DNA of 64,000 bases from an uncultured Alphaproteobacteria bacterium (lineage in GTDB: Bacteria; Pseudomonadota; Alphaproteobacteria; Rhodobacterales; Rhodobacteraceae), in NCBI GenBank assembly GCA_963714615.1, contig CAVQOV010000010.1, positions 440,106-504,105 of the forward strand, given 5' to 3'. Below, one piece after another: positions 20,641 through 30,883 of this stretch (position 1 is its first letter; the number at the start of each line of letters is the position of its first letter). The notes below the pieces were generated by a model that was not told the origin of the DNA, made no database searches, and worked only from the letters and a program-made list of their open reading frames with translations. A program made the position numbers and the translations under genes.

Positions 20641-21270
20641 CTAGTTCGAAACCGCAAGCCGGAACGGTGCCGGATCCCAGTAGCATGCAAAGCCGTCGCC
20701 ATCTGGATCAAGGCCCATGCCATCGCGCTTGGGGCCGCCAGCCTTGAGGAACGCCTGCTGCGCCTGATCGGGCGAGGCATATTTCGCGCAGTTCTTGTTG
20801 AACCGCGACTGCGCAAGAATTGTCGAACGGGCATAGACCGGTTCGCCAACGCGGTTGCGCGTCGAGAGTGCAAATTCCACGATCGAGGGGCCGCTATCGC
20901 GGGTGCGGGTCGGCAAGGCGGTTGGTTGGATCACCTGGTAGGCCTCGCGGTTTGCCTCCATCCGCTGCTTGTCACTTTCGATCGTTTCGCGCGACGACAC
21001 GGCCGCGAAATCCTGTTCGTCCGAAATTCCGGGATTGTTCAGATCGACCTTGCGGCTGGCAATCGTTGGCGCGGCGGCACCTGCCGAAATCGTCTCGGAA
21101 GAGATCGCGGTGGTGCTGATTGCGCCGTTCAACTGGTTTTCGCGCTGAACACGGTCCGACTGGTAGTCGGAATAGGTGTCGAATCCGACACCAGTGCCAG
21201 AATCCGGAACCGGCGGGTTGGTGCAGGCAACAAGGCCAGCCATCGACAGAACGGGGATCAGAAAGCGCAT
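20641..21270 (-). CDS. lipoprotein with C-terminal Excalibur-like calcium-binding motif
   Basis: Signal/lipobox MRFLIPVLSMAGLVAC; C-terminal GLDPDGDGFACYWDP resembles the Excalibur DxDxDGxxCE loop. Confidence 0.5.
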   Translation of the reverse strand: MRFLIPVLSMAGLVACTNPPVPDSGTGVGFDTYSDYQSDRVQRENQLNGAISTTAISSETISAGAAAPTIASRKVDLNNPGISDEQDFAAVSSRETIESDKQRMEANREAYQVIQPTALPTRTRDSGPSIVEFALSTRNRVGEPVYARSTILAQSRFNKNCAKYASPDQAQQAFLKAGGPKRDGMGLDPDGDGFACYWDPAPFRLAVSN

Positions 21271-21305
21271 GGGACACACCTGGAACAACTGCATTTCCGC
21301 ATCTC

Positions 21306-22794
21306 CTACCACCAATCGCCCGGTTTGGAAACGAAACCGGCGGCGCGCTCTAACACAAAGGCGTGGTTCAGCAACGCGCCTTCTTCCCACGGCCGGCCGA
21401 TCAATTGCAGGCCCAGTGGCAGGCCATTCTTGTCAAGCCCGGCGGGTACGGCGATGCCCGGCAACCCGGCGAGGTTCACCGTAACCGTGAACACGTCGTT
21501 GAGATACATCTGCACCGGATCGGCATCTGTCATCTCGCCAAGGCCAAAGGCTGCCGACGGCGTAGCGGGCGTCAGGATCGCGTCGATCCCTTGCGCAAAG
21601 GCGTCCTCGAAATCGCGTTTGATCAGGGCGCGGACCCGGCGCGCGCGGTTGTAGTAGGCGTCATAAAAGCCAGCCGACAGCACGTAGGTGCCGATCATGA
21701 TCCGGCGCTGAACTTCGTGGCCGAAGCCCTCGGCGCGGGTCTTTTCGTACATCTCGGTGATGCCGTCGCCCTGCGCAAGCTTGGCACGGTGGCCGTAGCG
21801 CACGCCGTCATAACGCGCGAGGTTGCTGGACGCCTCGGCCGGAGCAATGACGTAATAGGCAGGCAGCGCGTACTTGGTGTGGGGCAGAGTGATATCGACG
21901 ATCTCGGCGCCTGCATCCTTCATCATCGCGGTGCCGTCGGCCCAAAGCTTTTCGATCTCTGCGGGCATGCCGTCCATCCGGTATTCCTTTGGAATACCTA
22001 TCTTTTTGCCCTTTATATCGCCGGTCAAAGCGGCCTCGAAATCCGGCACCGGCAGCGTCGGTGCTGGTCGAATCCTTCGGGTCGTGGCTGCACATGGTTT
22101 GCAGCATGATCGCAGCGTCGCGGACCGTTTTGGTCATCGGCCCGGCCTGATCCAGCGATGACGCGAAGGCGACGATGCCCCAGCGCGAACAGCGGCCATA
22201 GGTCGGCTTGATGCCGACGATCCCGGTGAAGGCGGCGGGCTGGCGGATGGAGCCGCCGGTATCGGTGCCGGTGGCGGCGAGGCAAAGGTCGGCGGCCACG
22301 GCGCTGGCGGAGCCGCCGGAAGAGCCGCCGGGGGTCAGCGCGGTATCGTCATTGCCGCGCCGCCAGGGGTTGACCACGTTGCCGTAGGTCGAGGTTTCGT
22401 TGCTGGAGCCCATGGCGAACTCATCCATGTTCAGCTTGCCCAGCATCACCGCGCCCGCATCGAACAGGTTCTGGGTGACGGTGGATTCGTATTCCGGTTT
22501 GAACCCGTTCAGGATCGCCGAACCGGCCTGTGACGGCACCCCCTTGGTGCAGAATAAATCCTTTATTCCCAAAGGGATACCACACATGCTGGGGGCATCG
22601 CCCTTGGCAAGGCGCGCGTCCGCTGCCTTGGCCTGTTGCATCGCGATCTCTGGCGTGTGGTGAACAAAGGCGTTCAGCGCGCCAGCCTTTTCGACGGCCG
22701 TAAGGCACGCCTCGGTCAGGGCCACGGCGCTGGTTTCACCGTTGCGCAATTTGTCGCGCGCCTCGGCGATGGTCAGGGCGTTCAGATCGGCCAT
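21306..22794 (-). pseudogene. gatA: Glu-tRNA(Gln)/Asp-tRNA(Asn) amidotransferase subunit A; frame change at ~22050-22080
   Basis: N-terminal 328-aa fragment (amidase signature [13 protein letters not shown]) and C-terminal 247-aa fragment are contiguous on the same strand in different frames. Confidence 0.85.
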
Positions 22795-23081
22795 TATTCC
22801 ACCACCTTCGGAACTGCGAAAAAGCCTTCCCGCGCATCGGGTGCATTCGACAGGATCTTGTCTTGCATGTCGCCGTCGGTCACCACATCCTCGCGCCGCT
22901 TCAACTGCATGGGCGTCACGGAAGTCATTGGTTCGACGCCATTGATATCAACTTCGTTCAACTGCTCGATGAAGCCGAGGATGGCGTTGAATTCCTGCGC
23001 CAGCGCGGGCAGCGCATCTTCCTCGACCCTGATCCGGGCCAGCTTGGCCACGCGGCGGGCGGTTTCGGTGTCGATGGACAT
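22794..23081 (-). CDS. gatC: Glu-tRNA(Gln)/Asp-tRNA(Asn) amidotransferase subunit C
   Basis: 95 aa [24 protein letters not shown]...; TAATG overlap with the gatA start. Confidence 0.85.
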   Translation of the reverse strand: MSIDTETARRVAKLARIRVEEDALPALAQEFNAILGFIEQLNEVDINGVEPMTSVTPMQLKRREDVVTDGDMQDKILSNAPDAREGFFAVPKVVE

Positions 23082-23215
23082 CGGCGGACTCCATTGGTTC
23101 GTCGGTGCGTCGTTTAGCGTTCCCGGGTGCAACCCGCAAGCATGCGCTACGGGGGCGTATTACAACGGCGGCTTTCCTGATAGGCTTTCGGGGGACTCAA
23201 ACGGGGGAGATTCAG

Positions 23216-23908
23216 ATGAAAATCACATGGCTTGGACACTCGAGTTTTCGGATCGAGATTGCCGATCAGGTGCTGTTGGTCGATCCCTGGCTGACCGGCA
23301 ATCCGATGTTTCCCAAGGCGCGCCGCGCCGAGGCGATCATCGGTGCGACGCATATATTGGTGAGCCACGGGCACGGCGATCATTCCAGCGATTCCATAGG
23401 GTTGGCCCGTGAACTTGATGTTCCTGTCGTGGGTATTTACGACCTGATGAGTTGGTGGGAAGAGACCGAAAACATCAAGACGATCGGCTTCAACAAAGGC
23501 GGCACGGTGGCCTTGGGAGAGGTCGGGGTGACGATGGTGAATGCGGTGCATTCGTCATCTGTGGGGGGCAAGTACGGGCCGATCTATGCGGGCACGGAAT
23601 CGGGCTACATGATTGCGGGCGAAGGCCACACGATCTACTTTACCGGGGACACGGATGTGATGGCAGATATGAAGGTTTTCAATGACTTGCATGCGCCCGA
23701 CATCGGAATCCTGTGCGCCGGCGGGCATTTCACGATGGATATGAAGCGCGCCGGCTATGCGGCGAAAACATTCTTTGATTTCAAGACGGTAATCCCCTGC
23801 CACTACCGCACATTCGAGATCCTCGAGCAAAACGCCGATGCGCTGAAAACCGCCCTTCCGGGAGTGAACGTGATCGAGCCGGAGGTGATGGTGGCGATCG
23901 ACCTCTGA
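23216..23908 (+). CDS. UPF0173-type metal-dependent hydrolase (metallo-beta-lactamase fold)
   Basis: MKITWLGHSSFRIE...HILVSHGHGDH... motif. Confidence 0.75.
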   Translation: MKITWLGHSSFRIEIADQVLLVDPWLTGNPMFPKARRAEAIIGATHILVSHGHGDHSSDSIGLARELDVPVVGIYDLMSWWEETENIKTIGFNKGGTVALGEVGVTMVNAVHSSSVGGKYGPIYAGTESGYMIAGEGHTIYFTGDTDVMADMKVFNDLHAPDIGILCAGGHFTMDMKRAGYAAKTFFDFKTVIPCHYRTFEILEQNADALKTALPGVNVIEPEVMVAIDL

Positions 23909-23921
23909 GGCCCGCAAAACC

Positions 23922-23985
23922 GAAATGTTGTATGCTTTTCTTTAAAACATTCGGAAATGTTGTACGCTTTGTTGTACAACATTTC
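23922..23985. promoter_or_regulatory. triple GAAATGTTGTAY motif (two direct copies 23922-23935 and 23954-23967, one inverted copy giving the palindrome TGTTGTACAACA at 23971-23985); candidate operator or promoter element
   Basis: Exact repeat seen directly in the sequence, in an AT-rich stretch unusual for this genome. Confidence 0.35.
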
Positions 23986-24522
23986 AGCGCTCTGCGCGCC
24001 TGTTCGAGGCCCGGCATCGGTGAAGCGGGGATGATGGGTGCGCCGAATCCCGGATTGCAGCCGAGTGGTGGAACCGCCGGTCTTTCAGCGCGCGCTTTGC
24101 TGGATCAAATGCCCAGCAGCTTGCGGAGTTGAAAAGCAGGCGATCCGAAGGGGTCGTCTGCCGCATTTGCCGCCTGCCGCACTACAGCAACAATTTCGTT
24201 ACGTGTCATTGTGAACTTGCAGGTCGCGATCATTACCCTGAACCTTAAATACTCTCGGTGTTAACTATCTCTCACGAAAAAGCGGCGAGATATTGTGGGG
24301 ATTGAGGCAGTTTTGGAAACAAATCCAGTTCCGTTTGGGGCACGCAAATAATCGGTCTGGACGGTCCAAGAGCCGACTTTGACCGTCTGACAGGACACTG
24401 TGGCGCAGCCTCCCGGAACCGGACAGCAGGCCAGACGGCATTTCGACCTAGGCATGTCGGCTATGCGGGACGAAGCGGGCTGTTGTTCAATTAACCGCTT
24501 CGAACTCAAAGCCGTCTTTGCT

Positions 24523-25152
24523 TTATAAGATCAAGTTCCGTTCGAGATGGCCAAGGTCTCGATCAAGAGCCAGGTGCGCCGCCCTCTCATCAAATTCCGC
24601 AGGCCGTGCCGATTCCGCGAACCAGTGTTGGGTTTCCGGGTAATCATAGGCACGATATTCGCACCCTGATTTGCGGATGGCTCGCTCCATATTCCTGCGG
24701 GCGCTCGCGTTGACCCAAGGGTCATGGTCAGCAAAATGCGCCATGATGCCTGATCGGCAGTTGGAAAAGTCGCCCGCGCGGGCAGCATAGTAGAGAACAG
24801 TTCCGGCAACGTTGTACTCTGGTCTCTGAGACAACCAAACAGCCCAATGTCCGCCCATCGAGAACCCGACGACACCGATCCTCGCCTTGTTCGACCTGAC
24901 CGCGACGCGCAGTGACGAAATATCTGCGCCCAGCGTCTTATACATCGGTGTGCGTCGGTGGCGTGCGCGAAGCGCTCTCGCTTCTGCTTCGGTTTCTGCA
25001 GTTCTGCCATCAAAAAGGTCGGCAAGACCAACGAGATATCCCGCATCTGAAAGGATCGACCCGTGTTTTCGGAACGATTCCGTCAGACCCCACCATGAAT
25101 GTATGACGAGAACCGCACCTTTTGGCGCTCCACTTGGGGTGATCGTTTCCAT
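24523..25152 (-). CDS. dienelactone hydrolase family protein
   Basis: ...GAVLVIHSWWGL... and nucleophile motif GFSMGG. Confidence 0.8.
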   Translation of the reverse strand: METITPSGAPKGAVLVIHSWWGLTESFRKHGSILSDAGYLVGLADLFDGRTAETEAEARALRARHRRTPMYKTLGADISSLRVAVRSNKARIGVVGFSMGGHWAVWLSQRPEYNVAGTVLYYAARAGDFSNCRSGIMAHFADHDPWVNASARRNMERAIRKSGCEYRAYDYPETQHWFAESARPAEFDERAAHLALDRDLGHLERNLIL

Positions 25153-25336
25153 GAGACCTGTCTTGCTCGCTTTGTGGAACCCGAATAGCTTGGTGGCGGT
25201 CGGACATGCTGGCAGCTGATGTCCGCTACGCTACCACATATCGCCATTACAGACACTGCACAGCATCTGGCACTTCGGGCTCTTTCCCGCCCTCACCTCA
25301 ACTACCGTAAGAACGCGGCCACGCTGTCAGGTCGCG

Positions 25337-25786
25337 TCAGCGTCGTTCGGCAAAGAACGCCTTCAGCAGCGCCTCAGCCTGATCGGCGCCGATGCCGTCG
25401 TAGACTTGCGGGACGTGGTGGCTTTGGGGATGTTCGAACACGCGGGGGCCGTGCGCGACGCCGCCGGATTTCGGGTCTGGCGCGCCGTAGTAGAGCCGCG
25501 CGATGCGGGTCTGGCTGATCGCGCTGGCGCACATCGGGCAGGGTTCGAGCGTGACGTAGAGGTCGTGGCCCGGCAGCCGTTCAGAGCCCGCGGCGGCGCA
25601 GGCGGCGCGCAGGGCGAGGATCTCTGCATGGGCCGTCGGGTCGGAAAGCTCTCGGGTGCGGTTACCGGCCTGCGCCACGATGCGGCCGTCGGGGCCGACG
25701 ATGACCGCGCCGACGGGCACTTCGCCGCGCAACGCGGCGGCGCGGGCCTGCGCCAGAGCGGCGTCCATGTGGCTGGTGAAGGTCAT
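25337..25786 (-). CDS. tadA: tRNA adenosine(34) deaminase
   Basis: CDA-fold zinc motifs HAEILALR and PCPMCASA. Confidence 0.8.
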   Translation of the reverse strand: MTFTSHMDAALAQARAAALRGEVPVGAVIVGPDGRIVAQAGNRTRELSDPTAHAEILALRAACAAAGSERLPGHDLYVTLEPCPMCASAISQTRIARLYYGAPDPKSGGVAHGPRVFEHPQSHHVPQVYDGIGADQAEALLKAFFAERR

Positions 25787-25862
25787 GCAAGCTGTCATGC
25801 CCTGCCCCGCCCGGCTTGCCAAGATGCTTTCCCTTTCGCGCCCGCTTCGCTAAGGCGGGGCC

Positions 25863-26643
25863 ATGGAACAAAAGACCCCAGAGGGCGACCGGATCGCCAA
25901 GGTGCTGGCGCGGGCCGGTGTTGCCTCGCGGCGCGAGGTGGAGCGGATGATCGAGGCCGGGCGGGTTTCGGTGAATGGCAAGGTCATCGCGAGCCCGGCG
26001 CTGAACGTGACGGCGAAAGACAGGATTGCTGTCGATGGCATGGCGGTCGGTGAGCCGGAGCCGCCGCGGATCTGGCTTTTCCACAAGCCGCCGGGGCTGG
26101 TGACGACGGAAAAGGATGAACGCGGCCGCCAGACGGTGTTCGATGCGCTGCCCAAGGACATGCCTCGGGTGATGTCGATCGGGCGGCTGGACATCAATTC
26201 GGAAGGGTTGCTGCTGCTGACCAATGACGGCGGGGTCAAGCGCCGGTTGGAGCTGCCCTCAACCGGCTGGGTGCGCAAATACCGCGTGCGGGTCAAGGGG
26301 ACGCCCGAGGATGCGATGCTGGAGCCGCTGCGCAAGGGTATCACCGTCGAAGGCCAGCGGTTTCAGCCGATGAGCGTGACGATCGACCGGCAGCAGGGCG
26401 CGAACGCGTGGCTGACGATCGCGATCAAGCGAAGGCAAGAACCGCGAGATCCGGCGCGCGATGGAGCATGTCGGGCTGGTGGTGAACCGGCTGATCCGGG
26501 TGAGTTACGGGCCGTTCATGTTGCGCGAGTTGCGCGCCGGGCAGGTCGAAGAGGTCAAGCCGCGGGTGGTGCGCGACCAGCTGGGGCTGTCGACCGAGGG
26601 CCATGCGGAAGTGAAGAAAAAGCCGGTGCGCAAGCGGCGGTGA
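25863..26643 (+). pseudogene. pseudouridine synthase (RsuA/RluB family: S4 domain + catalytic domain), frameshift at ~26440
   Basis: S4 domain ...RIAKVLARAGVASRREVERMIEAGRV...; catalytic ...GRLDINSEGLLLLTNDG...; after ...ANAWLTIAI the conserved ...REGKNREIRRAMEHVGL..VNRLIRVSYGPF... block continues in another frame (ORF 26461-26643). Confidence 0.75.
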
Positions 26644-26700
26644 GCGGGCTTTGTGTTTGCCGCGCGGTGTTGCTGGGAGGCAGGTTTTGCGCCTCTTTCA

Positions 26701-26730
26701 GAGGCGCGGTGCCTCCGGCGGGGATATTTT
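26701..26730. repeat. intergenic element copy 1: hairpin GAGGC-n5-GCCTCC followed by GGCGGGGATATTT
   Basis: Exact 19-nt core GCCTCCGGCGGGGATATTT shared with 33152-33170; located 58 nt after the pseudouridine synthase stop. Confidence 0.45.
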
Positions 26731-26818
26731 CAGACAAGCGATGGGGACAGTCAGAGGGTTGGCCTCTGGGCGTTGTGGCGGTATCTGTTCGCATGAACAG
26801 TAACTTGGGTAGGGTGCG

Positions 26819-27646
26819 ATGGCCGAACTTCTGACATTCGAGAATCTGGGAAATCTGGTGATGCTGCTGTTTTTGCAGGCGGTGCTGGGGTTCGACAACC
26901 TGCTGTATATCTCGATCGAGAGCCAGCGCGCACCGGTGGCGCATCAAAAGGCGGTGCGGTTCTGGGGCATCATCATTGCGGTCGTGCTGCGCGTGGTTCT
27001 GCTATTCGTGATGATCCGGCTGATCGGCGCGATGTCGGAGCCGTTCTTTGTGCTGAACCTTCCGGGGCTGATAGAGGGCGGGGTGAACTTTGCCACGCTG
27101 GTCTTTGTTTTCGGCGGTATTTTCATCATGTACACGGCCGTGAAGGAGATCGGCCACATGCTGTCAATCGAGCATCTGGATGCCGATATTCAGCAGGTGC
27201 GGGGGCGTTCGGCGGCCTCGGTGATTGCGTTCATCGTGCTGATGAACCTGATTTTCAGCTTCGATTCGGTGTTGTCGGCCCTGGCGATCACGGATGTGTT
27301 TCCGGTGCTGGCGCTGGCGATCGTGGCCTCGGGCGTCGCGATGCTGGTGCTGGCCGATGGCGTGACCACGTTCTTGCAGAAGAACCGGATGTACGAAGTT
27401 CTGGGCCTTTTCATCCTGCTGATCGTGGGCGTTGTGCTGTTGGGCGAGGCCGGACCGGCCGCGGCGCATGCGATGCATGATGACGCGTTGCAGATCAAGG
27501 TGCTGGGCTATGACATCATTCCGATGTCGAAATCGACGTTCTATTTCAGCGTGCTTGTGCTGGTTGCGGTCGAGATCGTGCAGTCGGGCTATACCCGCAA
27601 GCTGAGCGCCGAACGCAAGGCGCAGGCGCGCACCGCGCAAATCTGA
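26819..27646 (+). CDS. TerC-family integral membrane protein
   Basis: 275 aa, ~8 TM; TerC-type N-terminus ...NLVMLLFLQAVLGFDNLLYISI... Confidence 0.85.
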   Translation: MAELLTFENLGNLVMLLFLQAVLGFDNLLYISIESQRAPVAHQKAVRFWGIIIAVVLRVVLLFVMIRLIGAMSEPFFVLNLPGLIEGGVNFATLVFVFGGIFIMYTAVKEIGHMLSIEHLDADIQQVRGRSAASVIAFIVLMNLIFSFDSVLSALAITDVFPVLALAIVASGVAMLVLADGVTTFLQKNRMYEVLGLFILLIVGVVLLGEAGPAAAHAMHDDALQIKVLGYDIIPMSKSTFYFSVLVLVAVEIVQSGYTRKLSAERKAQARTAQI

Positions 27647-27796
27647 ACTCTGGTAAGGGCTTGGCCCATGTCTTATATGGGTCTGGGTGTTGATACAGTG
27701 GAAAGTGGGGCTGTGCGTGTCTGAGACAGGGCTACAGAAGATCGCCTTTTTCCTGCTGTTGGCGCTGATCCTTTATGTTGCGGCATCGGGGGGCGT

Positions 27797-28693
27797 GTGA
27801 TGGCAGAGCGCTATGGCGGCAAATACAGCCCCGAGGCGGATCGCGACCGGCCGGAGCCGCCGCCCAGCAAGTGGCAAGGCAAGCGGCGCACCCGTGCCGG
27901 GGGCCGTGTCAACATGCTGTTTCTGGCGCCGCTGCCGCTGGCCATTCGCGCCTTTGCGCAAGATCCTGCCGGTCTGGCGCTGAACCTGTTCGGCTTTGCG
28001 CTGCTGATGCTGGCGGCCTGGCTGACCCGCGAGGGGATACTGGCGCAAGAGGCCTATGAGGCGCGCCGGATTGCGCGCCGCCCTGCCCTGCCGCGCAAGA
28101 TGATCGCCTCGGTCCTGACCGGGGCGGGGTTGTTCGTGGCGGCCTTCGCGGCGAATGACAGCCTGCTTAACCCGTCGATCTTCGCAGTGCTGGGCTTTGC
28201 GCTGCATGCGTTTGCCTTTGGCCTCGATCCGATGCGCGACAAGGGCATGGAGGGCGTGGACACCTTCCAGCAAGACCGTGTGGCGCGCGCCGTGGGCGAG
28301 GCGGAAAAGCATCTGGCCGCGATGAAGGAGGCGATCGCGCGCGCCGGCGACCGCAAGCTGGAGGCCCGGGTCGAGCGGTTTCAGGATCTGGCGCGCGACA
28401 TGTTCCGCACCGTCGAGGAAGACCCGCGCGATCTGACCGCCGCGCGCAAGTATCTGGGCGTCTACCTGCTGGGTGCGCGCGACGCGACCGCCAAGTTCGC
28501 CGACATATACGCACGCAGCCGCGACGCCAGGGCGCGGACCGATTACGAGGCGCTGCTGGATGATCTGGAGAAGAATTTCGCCGCCCGCACCCAGGCGATG
28601 CTTTTGGACAACAAGACCGACCTGAACGTTGAAATCGAAGTGCTGCGCGAAAGACTGGAACGCGAAGGCGTCCATGCGCGCGACTATCAGTAA
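27797..28693 (+). CDS. XpaC-like membrane protein (5-bromo-4-chloroindolyl phosphate hydrolysis protein family); alternative start at 27914
   Basis: Two N-terminal TM helices followed by a ~180-aa charged helical region; family habitually paired with TelA. Confidence 0.65.
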   Translation: MMAERYGGKYSPEADRDRPEPPPSKWQGKRRTRAGGRVNMLFLAPLPLAIRAFAQDPAGLALNLFGFALLMLAAWLTREGILAQEAYEARRIARRPALPRKMIASVLTGAGLFVAAFAANDSLLNPSIFAVLGFALHAFAFGLDPMRDKGMEGVDTFQQDRVARAVGEAEKHLAAMKEAIARAGDRKLEARVERFQDLARDMFRTVEEDPRDLTAARKYLGVYLLGARDATAKFADIYARSRDARARTDYEALLDDLEKNFAARTQAMLLDNKTDLNVEIEVLRERLEREGVHARDYQ

Positions 28694-28709
28694 AGAGGAC
28701 ATCAGACCC

Positions 28710-29896
28710 ATGACAGAGACCGTTCGCCAGAAAGCCGCCGCCGATTTGAAGATGATCGAGGATGTCACCGCCGTGCTGCTGCCTGAACCCACGACCGAGC
28801 TGGTGCCGCTGGCCAAGGCCGACAAGCCCGTGGCCGCCGAGATCAAGAAGCGGATGGCCGAGATCGACATGGAGAACACCGGCTCTATCATCGGGTTCGG
28901 ATCCGGCGCGCAGGCCGAGTTGCAGGAGATCAGCCAGGCGATGCTGGCGGATGTGCGCAACAAGGATGTGGGGCCTGCGGGCGATTCACTTGCGCGAGAT
29001 CGTGACGACGATCCGGGGCTTCTCGATCAGCGAGCTGGATGTGCGGCGCAAGCGGTCGTGGTGGGAACGGCTGACGGGCAGTGCGGCACCTTTCGCCAAG
29101 TTCGTGGCGCGCTACGAGGATGTGCAGGGCCAGATCGACAAGGTGACCGACAACCTGTTGAGCCATGAGCACAAGCTGCTCAAGGACATCAAATCGCTCG
29201 ATATCCTGTATGAAAAGACCCTGAGTTTTTATGACGAGCTGGCGCTTTACATCACCGCCGGCGAGGAAAAGCTGACGGAACTGGACCACAAGGTGATCCC
29301 GGCCAAGGAAACCCAGGTCGCCAAGGCTCGCGACGACAAGGGTGTGATTCTGGCGCAGGAGTTGCGCGATCTGCGCGCGGCGCGCGACGATCTGGAGCGC
29401 CGGGTGCATGACCTGAGGCTGACGCGGCAGGTGACGATGCAGTCGCTGCCCTCGATCCGGCTGGTGCAGGAGAATGACAAATCGCTGGTGACGAAGATCA
29501 ACTCGACCTTGGTCAACACCGTGCCGCTGTGGGAAACCCAGCTGGCGCAGGCGGTGACGATCCAACGCTCATCCGAGGCGGCGGCGGCGGTGCAAGGAAG
29601 CCAGCGATCTGACCAACGAGTTGCTGACCGCGAATGCCAAGAACCTGCGGCAGGCCAACAAGACCGTGCGCGAGGAGATGGAGCGCGGGGTTTTCGATAT
29701 CGAGGCGGTCAAGACCGCCAATGCCGAACTGATCGCGACGATCAACGAGAGCCTTCAGATCGCTGACGAGGGCAAGAAGAAGCGCGCGGCGGCGGAAGCG
29801 GAGCTGAAGAAGATGGAAGCCGAATTGCGCGACACGCTGGCCTCGGCCAAGGCGCGGGGCGACAAGTCGGGCGACACCATCGGCACTGCGGTTTGA
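28710..29896 (+). pseudogene. telA: TelA-family toxic-anion (tellurite) resistance protein; frame changes near 28990 and 29600
   Basis: Three consecutive fragments in different frames (28710-~28990, ~28990-~29600 with long coiled-coil ...LSHEHKLLKDIKSLDILYEKTLSFYDELALYI..., 29621-29896) together give a ~390-aa TelA-like protein. Confidence 0.8.
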
Positions 29897-29908
29897 GGTA
29901 GGCGGACC

Positions 29909-30865
29909 TTGGGCGCATTCGGCAATATTGCAGGACCACGCCGGTGGGCGGTGGCAGCGCTGCTGGCGCTGGCGGGGTGCGTGAACGGCCAGTTCGCGGT
30001 TCCGGACGCGGGCACCGGGGCGCCGGTGGCGCCTGCCCCGGCCGCGCCGATGGTGCAATCGCAATCCTCGAAGGATCTGGAGCTGTATTATCTGCGGGTG
30101 CAGAACGATCTGCTGGCGCGCGGGCTGCTACGGGTTGATGGCGGCGGGCCGGATGTGCCTTATACCGCGCGCAATCTGGCCGAGAACTTTGCCGCGATTG
30201 CGCTGTCCGAAGAGTTGCGGGTGGAAAACGGCCGGGTGCTGCCCGGCAAGCCGCTGATCACCTTGCGCCGCTGGCGTGGGCCGATCCGCTTTGGCATCCA
30301 TTTCGGCGATACCGTGCCCGAGGACATTCGCGTCAGCGACCGGGCCTTCATCGAGGCCTATGTAAAGCGGTTGGCGCGGATCACCGGGCATCCGATGTCG
30401 TTGGCATCAAACAACACCAATTTCGACATCGTGATCCTGCACGAGGATCAGCGGCTGGCGGTGAACCCGCTGTTGCAGCGCGCCGGGGTGACGCCGAGCC
30501 GGGGCATGATCGACGCCATCGCGGGGATGAGCCGCAATGATTATTGCGCGGTGCTGACCGAGGACCGCAAGAACGACGGGGTCATATCCAATGCGCTGGC
30601 GATCGTGCGGGCCGAGCATTCCGAGATGATGCGGCGGATGTGTTTCCACGAAGAGATTGCGCAGGGTCTGGGGTTGTTCAATGACAGCCCGCGGGCACGG
30701 CCCTCGATCTTCAACGACGACGAGGAATTCGGGCGGCTGACCACGCATGACGAGATGTTGCTGCGGATCCTGTACGATCCACGGATGCGGCCCGGGATGT
30801 CGGCCGCCGAGGCGGAGGCGATGGCGGTGGTCATCGCCAATGAACTGGTAGGCGGCGAGAGTTGA
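29909..30865 (+). CDS. lipoprotein of unknown function (DUF2927-like, tentative)
   Basis: Lipobox LALAGC at the N-terminus; 318 aa; contains CFHEEIAQGLGL, a degenerate zincin-like HExxH-like segment; 12 nt after telA. Confidence 0.55.
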   Translation: MGAFGNIAGPRRWAVAALLALAGCVNGQFAVPDAGTGAPVAPAPAAPMVQSQSSKDLELYYLRVQNDLLARGLLRVDGGGPDVPYTARNLAENFAAIALSEELRVENGRVLPGKPLITLRRWRGPIRFGIHFGDTVPEDIRVSDRAFIEAYVKRLARITGHPMSLASNNTNFDIVILHEDQRLAVNPLLQRAGVTPSRGMIDAIAGMSRNDYCAVLTEDRKNDGVISNALAIVRAEHSEMMRRMCFHEEIAQGLGLFNDSPRARPSIFNDDEEFGRLTTHDEMLLRILYDPRMRPGMSAAEAEAMAVVIANELVGGES

Positions 30866-30883
30866 ACCAAGGGGAGAGGTGTC

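Noticed and set aside
24261-24509. 82-aa ORF in the low-GC gap
   Set aside because: No RBS, no homology-like features, unusual composition. More likely non-coding.
23910-24522. tmRNA/ssrA or tRNA in the 600-bp gap
   Set aside because: I looked for tRNA-like acceptor/T-arm ends and an ANDN-type tag-peptide reading frame and recognised neither. Left as an unexplained region in the findings.
27773-28963. 396-aa minus-strand ORF
   Set aside because: Antisense to XpaC/TelA, which have clear family signatures. R/A/G-rich noise.
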